Origin: the human T2T-CHM13v2.0 reference genome, Homo sapiens
NCBI RefSeq assembly: GCF_009914755.1
Contig: NC_060940.1
DNA: 64,000 bases
Reading direction: 5' to 3' (one strand)
Shown one piece after another: positions 12,802-28,157 of this stretch (positions are counted from its first letter, which is position 1; each line of letters opens with the position of its first letter). A model generated the notes under the pieces. It was not told the origin of the DNA and made no database searches. It was given only the letters and a program-made list of their open reading frames with translations. A program made the translations under genes and the position numbers.

Positions 12802-13125
12802 TAGACTTATACTGTCCAACGTAGTAGCCACTGGCTAAATGTGGCTGCTAAGCACTTGCACTGTGGCCAGTCGAATTGAGATGTGCTGTGAGTGCAAAGT
12901 ACACACCTGATTTCAAAGAGTTAGTAGGAAAAAGGAATATAAAAATCTTGATCACTTGATTATCATTTTAGTATTAAAATGATAACATTTGGGATGTATT
13001 GGGTTAAACAAAATATATCATTAAAATTAATTTCACCTGTTTGTTTTTACTTTTTAAAGATAGCTACTCGAAAACTTAAAATCACATATGTGACTCACAT
13101 TATATTTCTATTGGACAGCTCTGCT
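12802..13125. mobile_element. MER33/MER3-type hAT-Charlie element
   Basis: ctgtccaacgtagtagccact...cacattatatttctattggacagc termini. Confidence 0.8.
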
Positions 13126-14359
13126 GCAGACAGAATGTCTCCACAACCATCCATTTCATTTGCTATAAAAGCCACAGAACTGGCACTGAGCCTGGCATGT
13201 AGTAGATGCTCAATAAATACCTGTTGAATAAAGGAGCATTTCCTACTGAGAGTCTTTTCCCCAGGAAGATCGTGAGTTCTTGGAGAACAAGATAGAGACC
13301 CTTCTGTCTCTTCCACAGGCTAAGCATAGAGTGAAAGTTGTGTAGGGTACACTTTTGCTGAATGAAGGTGATTTGGGAGGTTGAAGCGTCACTGAGGCTC
13401 CAGAAATAAAACCTAGCAGGGCCTGATGTGGGATACAGGTAGGGAAGTCAAAGTGCCAGATTGGAAAATAAATGGTGCTACTTTTCTAATACAAATAACC
13501 TGCTCAAGAGTCTTTAGAAGAAGACAGGACTCTTAAAGAAGAAACACAGGACCCTGGCAACCTGTTTTGCTCAGCTAAGAAGGTTGCTACATGCCAGTTT
13601 TCTTGACAGGAAGATGCTAGGATCTGCTGGCTCTGCACATTTTTACCTGGCCATGGGGGAGAATATGTAACCTTTTCTGCTACAGGAGGCTGTGAAAGGA
13701 AGAGATATCTGCCTCTCCCCAGAGGCAATGCTTGAGCCAGACACTGTCATGAGCACTTGAAGACTGTTCTTTCATAAATCGCTTTATGCCTCTGTGGGGT
13801 AGGTTATCATCAACTCTGTTTTACTGATGAGAAAAAGGAAGCTCAGAGAGGTGAAGTAACTTAGCTGAAGTTTCAGAGGGATGGTAGCAGAGTCAGCACC
13901 AGAACCATGTTCTTGACACTTTATCCAGTGCTCAGTCAATTGTGTCACACTGCCTGCATATCTAAAATGAAGGATGGGGAAAGGGAGGCAGAGAGGGAGA
14001 GGGCGGAGATGGGTGGAGAGGGAGGGTTAGGCAGAGAGAGAAAGGAAGAGAGCTCTGGGGTCTGTAATTAGTTCGTTCGTTTAGGTCTTTGATGATAGAA
14101 TTTTTCAAAGCAGTGTAGGTGGACTCTCTTTCTGAGCATAGTTGTGTGATGGAAGTCCAGTTATAGAATTCTAAAATCAACACCCATAGCTGCCTCTGTC
14201 TCTATCCAATCACTGGCTGAGTCCCCGAGGACAGTATTTCCCAGTTCCATGTGTGCCTCCTCCCTCTGTAAGATGGAGAATTGAGATGCTGGGAACCTTC
14301 ATGTCACCCAGTACACATAAAACAACTCCACCACTAGCTGTTTGACCTTGGGCAGGGCA

Positions 14360-14700
14360 CTGTATCAGTCAGTTATAGCTGTGTAACAAATTGCCCCTAA
14401 ATATATGCCCACTCACATATGTGCACATTGCTAGAGTGCTCCCACTTCACTGGTCTCAGCCCAGGCCCCAGACTGAAGGGTCATTGGCCACCCAGGGCAT
14501 ATTCTTCTCATGTTATGGCCAGAGTGCAAGTGGGTAATACCCACCACTCAAACATACCTCAAGAATCCACTATCATTGGCCAAAGCAAGACATGGCCCAG
14601 CCCAAAGTCAAGGAGTGGGGAAGTTTATTCCTCCCATAAAGATTGATTGAATAATGTAGGTGAGAGGAAACATTTTTCAAGAATAATCTAATGTGCCATG
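14360..14700 (-). mobile_element. MLT1J-like MaLR LTR
   Basis: tgtatcagtcagttatagctgtgtaacaaattgccc...attggccaaagcaagacatggcccagccca. Confidence 0.6.
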
Positions 14701-17700
14701 TTCATTCACTGATCTGGGCCTCAATGACTGTTGGTTTCAATGACTATTTGGTCAAGGAGTGGAAACACATACCATGCTTAAAAGACAATACTGGGTATGT
14801 TCTTGATTTTTGAAGTAAGGATATAGCAGATATCTATTACATCCTAGTTCATTATTTCCTTGATTTGAGTATTCCAAAAGTCAAACTGTATCTCTAAATG
14901 GAACAACTACATTTGATCTGATGCAATCAGCCCATGTATAAATCCCATTTCTCATTACCAAGCTGGCAGTATTTCCATTGCATGACTATAGAAATGTACC
15001 TATAGCAGTGAGAGCAGGTTTTTTCCAATTGTAGTTTTCTCCCTGCATGAATTATTAATGACAAAGGGTCTCCTTATAAATCTACTCACTTTTCTGTGGC
15101 CTTCCCAAATTTCAGAGCTTGCTACTTTTCTAATTTGCCCTTAAATGCAGCAAACCCTCTTTCCTAAGAGGGTTGCAAGAAGGATTGTTGCATTTAAGGG
15201 CAATTTAGTTGGGTGTGTTTATCAACAAAGTAATTATAACTATTTAGGCACCAGTTATGCACAAGGCACTGTGGCAGGAAAGTGAAAACAGACTGAAGGG
15301 TGAGAGACAGCTTATATTCAAATGCTGCTTACAGTCTGGTTGGAAAGTTGAGATACTCACTCACATTGACATAGACTAGCCATTTCACTGAAAATATCAC
15401 CTTAAATTTCACAGCTGAGACTATGGCATAGCATGTTTTTGAGCATGTTTCTCAAACCTGACCTCTATAGCTTGGTTCTCAGGGGCAAATTTGAAATGTC
15501 AGTTTTCTGAAATGATAGCTCTCAGATCTCTGATCAACAATATGTAGGCTGCTCTAGCACTCCTTTCAGCTGAATTTCTCATCTCGTAAAGGATATTTTT
15601 TAATCAGTTTATGGGGGAAGGCTAATTTTGTTTGATAAAAGAAAAATGGAGGCACTCGATGATACACATTCATCTTGCTTTCAGTTCATGTTTCATGACG
15701 GATTTCCATCGCATCTGACGCTCTCACATTAACAAATCTTCGGATACATCATTTTGGAGTTAAGACAATAATTTGCCTGCAAATTTGACAAAAAATTTGG
15801 TAATGCTGAAGATCCATCATACAGATATAATTTGCTACTCTTGTGATCATTTTCAGTAAAATGATCCAATTAGATGCCACATAGCCTGTCATTAGGTTCT
15901 CTCCCTCAGCCAGCTGAAAAGGGAAAATAGAGTCATGTTATCAGTAAATAGCTAAAAGTTTGCTTTGTGCAACTTGAAGTCTGATTCTGACAATGTATTC
16001 CAGGGACATCAAGTTCCAAACCCTATTTACTCAACAAATACATGTTAAGCACGAGCACTCTGCAAGACACTGTGCTAGGTATGAAGAGGAGGAGGATCTA
16101 CACCAAAAGTGTAAGACTTTTGGATCCAGACTCATGTTGACACAAATGACTAAGGTGAGTACAGGAAAGCTGGGCAAATGGGAGGCTGTGTGCCCCGCCT
16201 ACTCAAGTCCAGTCACCTGTTACCTGGTGCAAAAGCATGAATGACGGGTGGAGCCAGATCATCTGAACTTTTACAAGAAGTCAGAAACCTGGGCATTTGG
16301 TGAAATCTTATTATTTGAAGCACCTGTCTATTGGCCTATGGGCTGCTAATTTAGACCTCTACACAGTAGGATTCTGGCCTTCAAGACACTTCTGGTCTAG
16401 CAGAGAAGGCAACAGTGGACACTGGCCACTTTGACACAAGGCAGAGTAAGATTAGTGCTGTGATAGACACAGCCCCAAAACAAAGAAGCAATATGGAAAG
16501 AGAGACTTCAATGCTAAGTCTCAGCAAGGGCCTTCTCACATGAGACACCTCTAGGCCCCGTGCACTATTTCCTTCGAAGACCCCACCCCAAGACATAGTA
16601 ATCATATTAAAATACATCCAGTGCCCAAATTAACTAAATGTTTTGTTCTCAAAAACATTTTTATGATTTTGTTTTTTAAATATTGTTATTTGGATTCTGC
16701 AATTTTCGTATTTTGGAGTTGATTATTCCTACCTCCTTCACTGCAGGTCCCAAACATTGGCACAGGCTCCTGAAAATCCTATGAGGCCTAATTGCCTTGA
16801 TAAATGACAATGTTTCCCCCAGCAGAGGGGAAGCTGAAGGGTTTTACAGAAAGAATAAACAGGAGAGAAGGTTCAGGATCAGTCTGGAAAGGATGAAGCC
16901 TTCAGCTCTTGACAAAGGCAGGTCAGAGAGGGGTCTGGAAAGATAGGTAGTAAACAAATTTTGGAAACTAGATGTGGATTTTAGAGTCTTCTCCAGGCCA
17001 TGAGGAGCCACTGATAGTTTCTGAGAGAAGCCCGACCTGTCTAGAATATTGTTAGATGGGACTTGTCTGGAAAAACTTCAAGGAGGTAAATCTAAAACTT
17101 GGCTTTGACAAACAAAACTCAGGGCTGAGCTTGGTGTAGAACTCACATACTGTCTGCATTGACTCTACTCTTCTTTCTCTTGATTTTTTTTCTGGCCACT
17201 TTTCTTTTCAAGACTCCTTTCCCTGCCTCCAAGATCCCCAGAACCACATTCTACCCCTGCTGCCTGGTCTTCAGCAGTCCTGGTGCTGGTGTGGCTCTCT
17301 CTGGCCTTCTTAGTCCACTTTTCATTCATTATTAAATGTGCTTTCTCCCAAACACACTTCCGTATGGTTCACAATATAACTTCTCTTTCTACCATAGAAA
17401 GGAATTACTTTATAGAACTGTAATGCTGAAAAAGACATTACAGGCCAACCACCCTTTATTTCCCTTAAGTTTACAGGAAAGGAAATTGGCTTAGAGAGGT
17501 AAAATGACTTGCCTAAGGTCACCAGAATCAGAGCCAGAGTTGAAACAAGAATCCGTGTCATCTGATTCAAACAATTCTGCTTCTCTGCACCAGGCCACAT
17601 CCTGTGGGCATAACCTGAAAGTTAAATGGACAACTATGCAAAGGTATGACCATTCAGACACTAAAAAGAGACACAACTATTCTCTGAATTAAGATTGGTG

Positions 17701-17705
17701 TCCTT

Positions 17706-19494
17706 GGCAAAAAGAAAAAAAAATTACATCCCATGTTTATAAATTCCAAGAATAAATATTATGAAAATAATTATACTACCAAACGCAATCTACAGATTCA
17801 ATGCAATCCCTATCAAAATACTAACGATATTCTTTACAGAAATAGCAAACACTATTCTAAAATTCATACGGAAACAGAAAAGATCCCAAATAGCCAAAGC
17901 AATCCTGAGCAAAAAGAACAAAGCTGGAGGCATCACATTACCTGACTTCAAAATTCACCCCAAAGCTATGGTAACCAAAACAGTGTGATATTGGTATAAA
18001 AACAGACACATAGACCAATGGAGCAGAATAGAGAACCCAGAAATAAATCCATGTATTTACAGCCAATTGATTTTCAACAAAGGTGCTAAGAACATCCACT
18101 GGGGAAAGGGCAGTCTTTTCAATAAATGATACCAGGAAAACTGGACATCTAGATGCAGAATAATGAAACTAGACTCCTTTCTCTCACTATATACAAAAAG
18201 CAAATCAAAATGGACTAAACTTAAATGTAAGACTTGAAACTATGAACTAACTAGAAGAAAACACAGAGAAAATGTTCTAGGACATTGGTCTGGGCAAAGG
18301 TCTTATGAAAAAGACCTCAAGAGCACAGGCAACAAAAGAAAAAATAGATGAGTGGGATTACATTAAACTAAAAAAGCTTCTTCACAGCAAAGGAAACAAT
18401 CAACAGTGTGAAGGGACAACAGTAGAATGGGAGATGATATTCACAAATGATTCATCTGACAAGGGATTAAAATCCAGAACTCAAACAACTCAATAGAAAA
18501 AACAAATAATCTGATTTAAAAATGGGCAAATGAGCTGAATAGACTTCTATCAATAGAAGACATACAAATGGCCAACAGATGTGTTAAAAAATGCTCAACA
18601 TCACTAATAGTCAGGTAAATGCAAACCAAAACCACTATGAGACATCATCTCACCCCAATTAGAATGGCCATTCTCAAAAACACAAACAAATAACAAATGC
18701 TGCTGAGGATACAGACAAAAAGGAACTCTTACACGGTGTTGGTGGGAATGTAAATTAGTTAGCACAGCTATTATGGAAATGGTATGCAGGGTCCTCACAC
18801 ACTAAAAATAGAACTATTATATGATCCAGCAGTCCTATTTCTAGGTGTATATCCAAAGGAAAGGAAATCAGTACGTCAAGGAGTTCTCTGCACTCCCATG
18901 TTTGTTACAGCACTGCTGACAGTGGCCAAGATATAGAATCGACCTAAGTGCCCATCAACAGGTGAATGAATAATGTGGTATATATACACAATGGAATACT
19001 ATTCAGCCATAAAAATAATGAAATCCTGTCATTCATGGCAACACAGGTGAACCTTTATTCACGATGTTAAGTGAAACAAACCAGGAAAGACAAATGCTGC
19101 ATATTCTCACTCCTTTGCGGAAGCCAAAAAAGTTGATCTCGTAAAAGTAGAGAGTAGAATACTGGTTACCAGAGGTTGGGAAGTGGCAGAGGTGTAGCTA
19201 AACATTGGTTAACAGATACAAAATTACAGCTAGATAGGAGAAAAAGTTCTAGTGTTCTATAGCGTTGTCGTGTGACTATAGTTAACAACAGTTTATTGTT
19301 TTCTTTCAAATAACTACAAGAGCAGATTCTGAATGTTCCAAACACAAAAAAGATTAATATTTGAAGTGACAGAGATACTAATTACCTTGATTTGATCATT
19401 ACATATTGTATACATGTATTGAAATGTCATACTCTACCCCATAAATATATACAATTATTATGTATCAGTTAAAAAATAATAATAAAAGAGGGAA
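17706..19494 (+). mobile_element. 5'-truncated L1MA-type element (decayed ORF2 3' end plus 3'UTR) with 15-bp TSD
   Basis: Decayed ORF2 ([12 protein letters not shown]...[13 protein letters not shown]), L1MA-type 3'UTR; TSD aagattgStgtcctt at 17691-17705 and 19495-19509. Confidence 0.92.
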
Positions 19495-21091
19495 AAGATT
19501 GCTGTCCTTCAACCTAAAAATACTTCTGGGCATGGGACCCCATGGTTTGTGGACAGACCAGGTTGTCCTGGTGCCAATTAGACATCCATGGAATACACAG
19601 TGTGTGATTTACTTTCCCTTTTCAACTAAGAGTGAATGAAATAAAATTTGGGGCTGGTGAGCCACCCTTTTTGTAATCCTCTGAGAGAAAATGTGAGAAA
19701 ACGTCTGGCCTGGAAATAACCATTTTTAAAGCCCTTTTTAAAAGCCCACTCTTGGAAAAATAGTGATGTCAACCAGCCACTTCCTAGCCTTCTATGCTTT
19801 TTCCCACCATTTTAATGAAGAGGGCTTCCCAGACATCATGAATTTTGCATGAAATCCTCATTTCTCTTTAAAGAGATTTAGTGCCAAAACCTTCTGTGAC
19901 AACCAAAACCCATGTTTGAGTTATATTGTTAATGTCAATATAACTCACAGTGATGTGTTGTGTTGTGGAGACAGTGGGCAAAATAGCCATAAATTCCATC
20001 CTAAGTGTACCATCTCCCCAACGTTTCTGGCATTGTCTGCTGGACTGTCATGACATCTCTTCCTACAGACCCCCAGGAAGGGCAACATCACTTCCTGGCT
20101 CCGAAGCCTCAACCTGATGCTTTAATAATAGATCCTGATTGTCCTATCAAAACTACAATCCCTTCGACATTCATTTAATCTCTTCCTTTTGAGGTCATTT
20201 CCTAAAACATGAAAATCACTGCTCAGTTTTGTCCTTTTCCTTCCTATTTTTGAAGATGTCATTGTTTCTGCTGAGACCAGCACCAAGGGCGCTAGATGAT
20301 AAAGGCAGCTTGCAGGGAAGGTTTCCTTGGGCACAGGGCCCTAGATTCTCACCCTGAATTGGATTTCAGGTAGTCCCACTCGGAGAAGTTGTTAGCTCAC
20401 TTCCCGGCTGCCTCTTCATTTCTTTGCAATGCCAACAAACCTACTGCAAACACAATGAAAATTCTTCCCTCGTTTGAATCTGTGCTTACAATCTCTAATT
20501 AAGTAATAACTTTCATAGCACTCTGCTTCTCCAAGCCTGAACGGTATTTCCATTACCTCCTCTACTGAAGTCAAAATTACAGACCTGTCATTTTTGGATT
20601 TTTCTAAAAAACGCAAGCATTAAATTATACCTACATTCACCCATTAGTAATTTCTCTTCGTGGTGGGTGTTTAAATCTATTATAATGACTCTACTATCTC
20701 TTCAACTTTCTATCCCTCTCAGAATATTGATGAATTCTACCTCATTCTGGACTGCCTGTCTAATTTTGTCTTTTAATTTCTTGATGAAACATGAATTTGA
20801 TTTTATAAAGTTCTTTTTTCTTTCTCTTTGGGAAAGGAAAAGAGAAACATCTTTCTGATGTGGAGTTACTATTCCTCTTTAAGGGTGAAAAACTGATAGA
20901 AGAGGAATTACCTTTTAGGTTTCAAATTGTCTTTGAGCAGAAGTGACTCTTCAGTCGCAGACAGATTGGGTCCCTTGTTCTGGGGTGTGTAATCATTTTT
21001 TGCCACTCACTCACACTTTGATGAAAATACAAGTTTTGTGTGCTTTATATGTATTGATTCTTTTAATCCTCATAGCATCCTTACAAGGTAG

Positions 21092-21993
<902 letters not shown>

Positions 21994-22564
21994 GATAGGT
22001 TCTATTATTGTTCCCACTTTATAGATGAGGACACTGAGACAGAGAGGCTAATGAACCTTCTGAAGATTGCACAGTGAGCCAGTGTCAGATGCAGATTGAA
22101 CCCAAGTTGTAGTTTGGCTCCAAAGTCCACATCTGTCAAGCTTTTTTGAGTCACAAGTAACAGAAGCTCAACTCAAAATAGGCAGAAAGGAGGATTTGTT
22201 TCCAAACCTTGAAAAGAACGGGAAGTCTCTCTGAAACTATTGAAGCTGGAAACTTGAGTGACCTCGGGACTTTATCTGTGATCTCTTTGTGTCCCCCAGA
22301 ACCCTGAGGCTGGCTTCTTCCTGAAGGCTGAAGTCAGGGTCACCAATTACTCTTTAGCTGACCCTCCCAGCCTTACATTGAAAATGAGGCTCTTGCTCCC
22401 AAGCTCCAATTAACAAAGAAATAGAAAAAGAAAGAGAAAAACAGGAAAGAACAGGTTGCATGCCCAGGGGCTGGATCAACCACTATGGCCAGGAGGATGA
22501 AGTATTAGGATTGGTTCAGCCTGGGTTAATTGCCTGTCCTTAAATAAGTTATTGTGGAGGAGAT

Positions 22565-23822
22565 AAAGTAGCCTCCAGCAAATCACATTTTAAAGTCATG
22601 AAATTTAAATAATAATAATAATAATAATAATTATTATTATTATTATTATTATTCCCTAAAAGATGGAGGATGGCACAGCTTTGCCACTGGAGTAATTACT
22701 GCAAGCTGAACAGCCACCCTGAAGAAATAGAAAACTCAGAGAAAAACAAAGGGTAAGATAATGACTGTTCCTGAAGCAAATGAACAGGTGCACAGATTCG
22801 GCGACACCAGACCTTCAGGTCAACTGTCAGCCAGTGCTGAGGACTGGGATCCCCCTGCAGGTGGGACAGCGACAGTCCACTTTGCCAAAGTTCCCATACG
22901 GCCTGCTTTGCTCATTTATGTCACCTGCCTGGCCCCCACAGGCATCTGAGTTTGAGACCTGTGGCTTAGTGTGTTGCCAAATAGCACAGTCAATCATTGG
23001 GAAGACCAACTAGAGCGTCCGTTTCCTCCTTCACATTTGGCCAACAGCCAGTGAATGCTTCGAAGACAAAATAGCCAAGACAAAGGATCCAGTCATTAAA
23101 AACAGAGTTTTCTTGACAGAATGGCTTATGGCATTTGACAGAATTTTTCAAGGCGCAGAAAAACACATTTGACAGCATGTGTTTTAAGCAGAGATGCGTA
23201 TATGACACGTAAAAAGTCAATCACTGCCAGCCTTTATGTGGGGAGAGATCGGGAAGGGAGCGAGAGGGGCTTCATTTCTTCCTCCTTCCTTCTTTCCACC
23301 CAGAGCCTCAGTCTGCCCTCTGTAGATGGTTGTATGAAATAGGCAAACCCATTTCTCTCCTGTGCCCATTAATTTCCAGACGTTCCCTTTGTGCTAGTGC
23401 CCAGCGGCTCCTGGAAAGCCTCAGGCTCCACAAACTCCAAGCTTTTCCCACTGTGGCCTGAGAGATTCTTTCCTGCATAAGGCAGGAGATGATTTTTGGC
23501 AAGAGGCCTGCTGAAAGCTTTCTAGAACTCAAAGAAAAGATTGTGTTTGTAAAGTAGCCTCTGGAAAATCATGAAGTCATGAAATAAGAAAAACCCAACA
23601 ATTTCCTAAAAAATAGGGGATGGCACAGCTTTGCCACTGGAGTAATTACTGCAAGCTGAATAGCAACCCTGAAGAAATAGAAAACTCAGAAAAATAAAGG
23701 GCAAGATAATGATTGTTCCTGAGGCAAATGAATAGGTGCACAGATTTGGTGACACCAGACCTGCAGGTGAACAGTCAGCTAGGTGAGGACTGGGTCTCCC
23801 TGTAGGTGGGATGGGGACCGTC
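22565..23822 (+). repeat. Local direct duplication of ~270-310 bp (copies 22565-22878 and 23551-23822)
   Basis: Both copies contain ggatggcacagctttgccactggagtaattactgcaagctgaa (43 bp identical) and stay colinear for ~200 bp. Confidence 0.95.
22608..22653. repeat. (AAT)n(ATT)n perfect 46-bp palindrome
   Basis: 23-nt arms, no spacer. Confidence 0.97.
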
Positions 23823-24596
23823 TGTTGGGACAGGGGGGGTGGTGGTGCAAACACAGGATGAGAGTTTTAAATTACACAGTCAGTCTTTATTTTTCTCCAC
23901 ATCTGAAGCTGCCAAAATATAAACAGCCACTGTAAAGAGGAGAGGGCAGTGACCCTGAGCTGGGAAGTGGAAGGCGAGGAAGCAGGAGGTGGTCACTGAG
24001 GAAAAGACATCATGCCAGTCAAGCAAAAATGGCTCTCTCCATTCCCATTTCACTGAGTGCCCATGAGAAGATGAGTCTCTTGCCTCTTTTTATGGGATTA
24101 TTGGTTCCATTATGGTATTTGAGGTGGAGAGCAGACTTGGCTGCCAGTGACTGTCTGTTTCCTTCAGCTGTCCCTTTCAGAATAACAACCCATATTTATG
24201 CAGTGAATTCAGTTTTCCTGACCGTTTTTGCTGCCCTTCTGGGCATCATTGTTCTCCCTATGCCTTGTGTAATCATCCCACTACAATTCTAAATGATTTC
24301 AGTGTTTATTTGTATGTTTTCCCCTCATTTTGTTGAGAAAGAAGAAAACAGTTTGTTGCTCCCTTGTTGCACCCCTACAAAATCTTAGCTTCAGCTTGTA
24401 TTAGACTAAGATCATCTTGCTCAACTCCTCATTGTGCTGATTTTCTAAAGGCAAAAAGTATTGCCTATATCAAATCCAGCTATTGGCCAAAGGTAAGTGA
24501 GAATGAGTTTCAACTTTCTTTTTTTAAAAAAATTTATATAACTTGTGCTCAAGGTAATCCTTAATCTAACAGCAATTGTCTCTCACACCAGATTAA

Positions 24597-25355
24597 TTCA
24601 TCCATTCATCCACTATCCATCCATTGACCCACCATAAATCCATCCATCCATCTATCCATTAATTCCACCATCCATCTATTCATCATCCATCCATTCATCC
24701 ATTAATCCATCATCCATCCACCCATTCACCATCAATCCATTCACCATCCATCCATCAATTCATCCATCCTTCTATCCACTGATTCCACCATCCATCCATT
24801 GATCCACCATTCATCCATTGATCCACCATCCAGCCATCCATTCACCACCCATCCATCCATCTATCCATTGATTCCACCATCTTTCCATTGATCCCCCATC
24901 CATCCATCCATCCACCATCCATCCAACCACCCATTCACCATCCATCCATCCACCCATTCACCATCCATCCATCCAGCCATCCATTCACCATCCATCATCC
25001 ATCCATCCATTCATCATCCATCCATCCATTCATCATCCATCCATCCATCCATCCATTCACCATCCATCCATCTATTCATCACCCACCCATCATCCATTCA
25101 TTGATATACGTCCATCCATTCACCATCCATCATCCATCCATTGATCCACCATACACCCATTTATCCACCATCCATTCATTCACCATTCAATCATTCATCA
25201 TCCATTTACCATCCATCCATCCAACATCCATTGATCCACCATACATCCATTTATCCACCATCCATTCATTCACCATTCAATCATTTATCATCCATTTACC
25301 ATCCATCCATCCATCCATCCAACAACCAAACATCATCCATCCATCCATCCATACA
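24597..25355. repeat. Degenerate (CCAT)n array with a 90-bp higher-order duplication
   Basis: CCAT/CATT/CACCAT variants; near-identical blocks start at 25141 and 25231. Confidence 0.95.
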
Positions 25356-27302
25356 TTTCATGCATTCGGCATTTTGTTGAGTGACTGCTGTGTGCCACTC
25401 ATGAACAGAATCTTTGCTTTTTTCAACTGCAAGTAATATTTATTCAGGTAAAAATATCAGATCAAAACACCGTCTCTTTGACATTTACATTCATCCCAGT
25501 GACAATATGGGATCAGCTGCATCACAAAACATAGCTACTCTGCCGAAATCAGTTTTTAAAACAACCAAAGAAGCAATTTGACTAGGCAATCATTAAGTGT
25601 ATAACTGGGCTTAATTAGATTTTTCTGCAGAGTATTATGCTGAAATCTTTAAAAGTAATTTTTACTTGTGGAGGTAAAGTATGACTATGTGTCTTTTAAA
25701 AAGAAGAACAAAAGGAAGGAAAAGAGAGAGAGATAGAGGATAGAGGTGAGAACATCACAAATGTCTCTTTGCTAAGATCCTTTTTCTCCCTAGGCCTAAC
25801 CATGTTCCCGTCCTTTTGCCTAAGGCCACCATTGTTATGCGGCAGGATATAAAGACCTTTTTATATGCATTTATATGCTTATTTACAGTGTAATTTATAT
25901 TAAAATACACACAAAATAATGCCCCATATTTCTCCATGGGTAATTATATATACATGCATTCCCTGATATTTTTCTGGCAAGCAATTTCAGAAGTTTCCCA
26001 TGGTTTTAGTAGGAATGGACAGAGAATGTGGATTATTTGTTCCCTGCTTTACAGCTTAAATCTAAAGTCCCTGGTTAAACATCAGTGCTTTGGTGGCAGC
26101 AATGTCTGGGCTTGGGGCAGAATGATGGCATAAATTTTTAGAAATGTATTTTTTCCAGATCAATTAAAATTTAAAACCGCCCGCTTTTATAGAGGGTACC
26201 ACATTATCAATTTTCTCCAGTGTTTTTTCTTAGTAAGGGCTGGGAATTAGGAAAAGCAGTGTATTACCACTCTGACTTTCACAGACCTAGCCTTTTCCCA
26301 AAACCCACTTGCTCTTCGTTCACTCTCCCTGAATTAAGAGTAGAGAAATTGCCACCTGGGGAAAAATATCTTGAAGAAGCAAGAGTCTTAAAGCATGGGG
26401 CTGTCACTATATCAAGCCCAAACTGGAGGTGGTCGTGGCATAAAAACAGGGCCTTAAGTCACAATGTTAGGCTTGCTGTCACTCTAACAGGAAACTTTCT
26501 GTGCAGCTGCTCCGCCGCATCATTAATTCATTGCCTGTTTCCTTTATGCTGCACTCTGGCAGCACCGATCATAATACATTCATTTGCTTTTAACACAGAG
26601 ATTTCATTCTTACCCCTTCTGCCCCAACTTTATCCCCAGCTCTGCTCCCCAGCATAGATCAGTGAACCCCAAATGTCATACTGTAACAATGACACCACCA
26701 TCCATTAGTAGACGGAGGAACTCCCAAATTGGAAATGTTTAAACTTAAAAAATATGTGTCTGAGTTATAAGTCAGCAGGATTTCTAGATATATTCAAATA
26801 GTCTACGTAAACATGAATAATTATGCATGTTACCTAAGAATCCATGTTAAATTATTCATTCATATAGCAGATTTTCCAATTAACCCAGAGTTCTCTTCTA
26901 TTGGATGAATGCTTTTTTTGAGAGTAATGATTATATTTTTAATAGTTTGTGTTTATTATAAAGATTTTAAGCAATGCCAAATCTATGAGGAAGAAAGTAA
27001 AAGAGTTACCCTGAATCTAGCCCCCAGAAATAGATATCATTAAATAATGTGACACTTTAAAAGTTGCAAGAATATCACTCCAAACACCTCTTTCTCTCTT
27101 GCATATATACAGATAGGAGGGCAGATGAATCAACTAAAATACATTTCTCTGAAGTAGGTGATGCATACTATTTTAAAAAATAAATGTAATTTAATTTTAC
27201 TTGAATTTAGAAAAAAATGGTTATTAAACTGAAAATATTTATGAATTTCAAGTAAAATTTTCTAAACCACCAGAGGTATTAATTGCTAAAAGATTGCTCT
27301 TA

Positions 27303-27632
<330 letters not shown>

Positions 27633-28157
27633 TTAATGACAATGAAAACTGGAAAAGGTTGAAGTCACATTTTTAGCTATGTATATCAATTTAAAATAAT
27701 ATTTATACACTTTATTCTATGGAAGATATGGAAATTAGCACTACCTCTCTGTATTTTTGTTAGTTTTTTTAAGTTTTCAAGATTTACGACATTCACAGGT
27801 TAGTCTGTGATTATAATTTCCAACTTACTTAGTCCTGGTTGATATTTGTGTGGCTCCAATGCTCAGAACCTGCCCCTTTCCTGTGGTTTCTCCACCATTA
27901 GTTCTTTATCTGGACTCCTCTTTTAAGTGGCTGAATTTTGTTGTTGGGTGATTTTTTCAAAAGGACTCAGGAGTGTTGCTTTTCCATGGTTCTCTCCTGT
28001 GGAGAATCTCTGCTACTGTGACATCAGAAGGACATGGTATTGGAAGGCAATAGATTGGGAAGGTGCGTAACATCCAGCCCCTGTGACCAGAGAGGACAGA
28101 TGTGCTGCCAGCTTCTTAGCCTGCTGGGTTGCAGGGGTCCAAATGTAGCTGCATTTA

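Noticed and set aside
24888-25436. 182-aa His/Pro/Ile-rich ORF
   Set aside because: Translation of the (CCAT)n array
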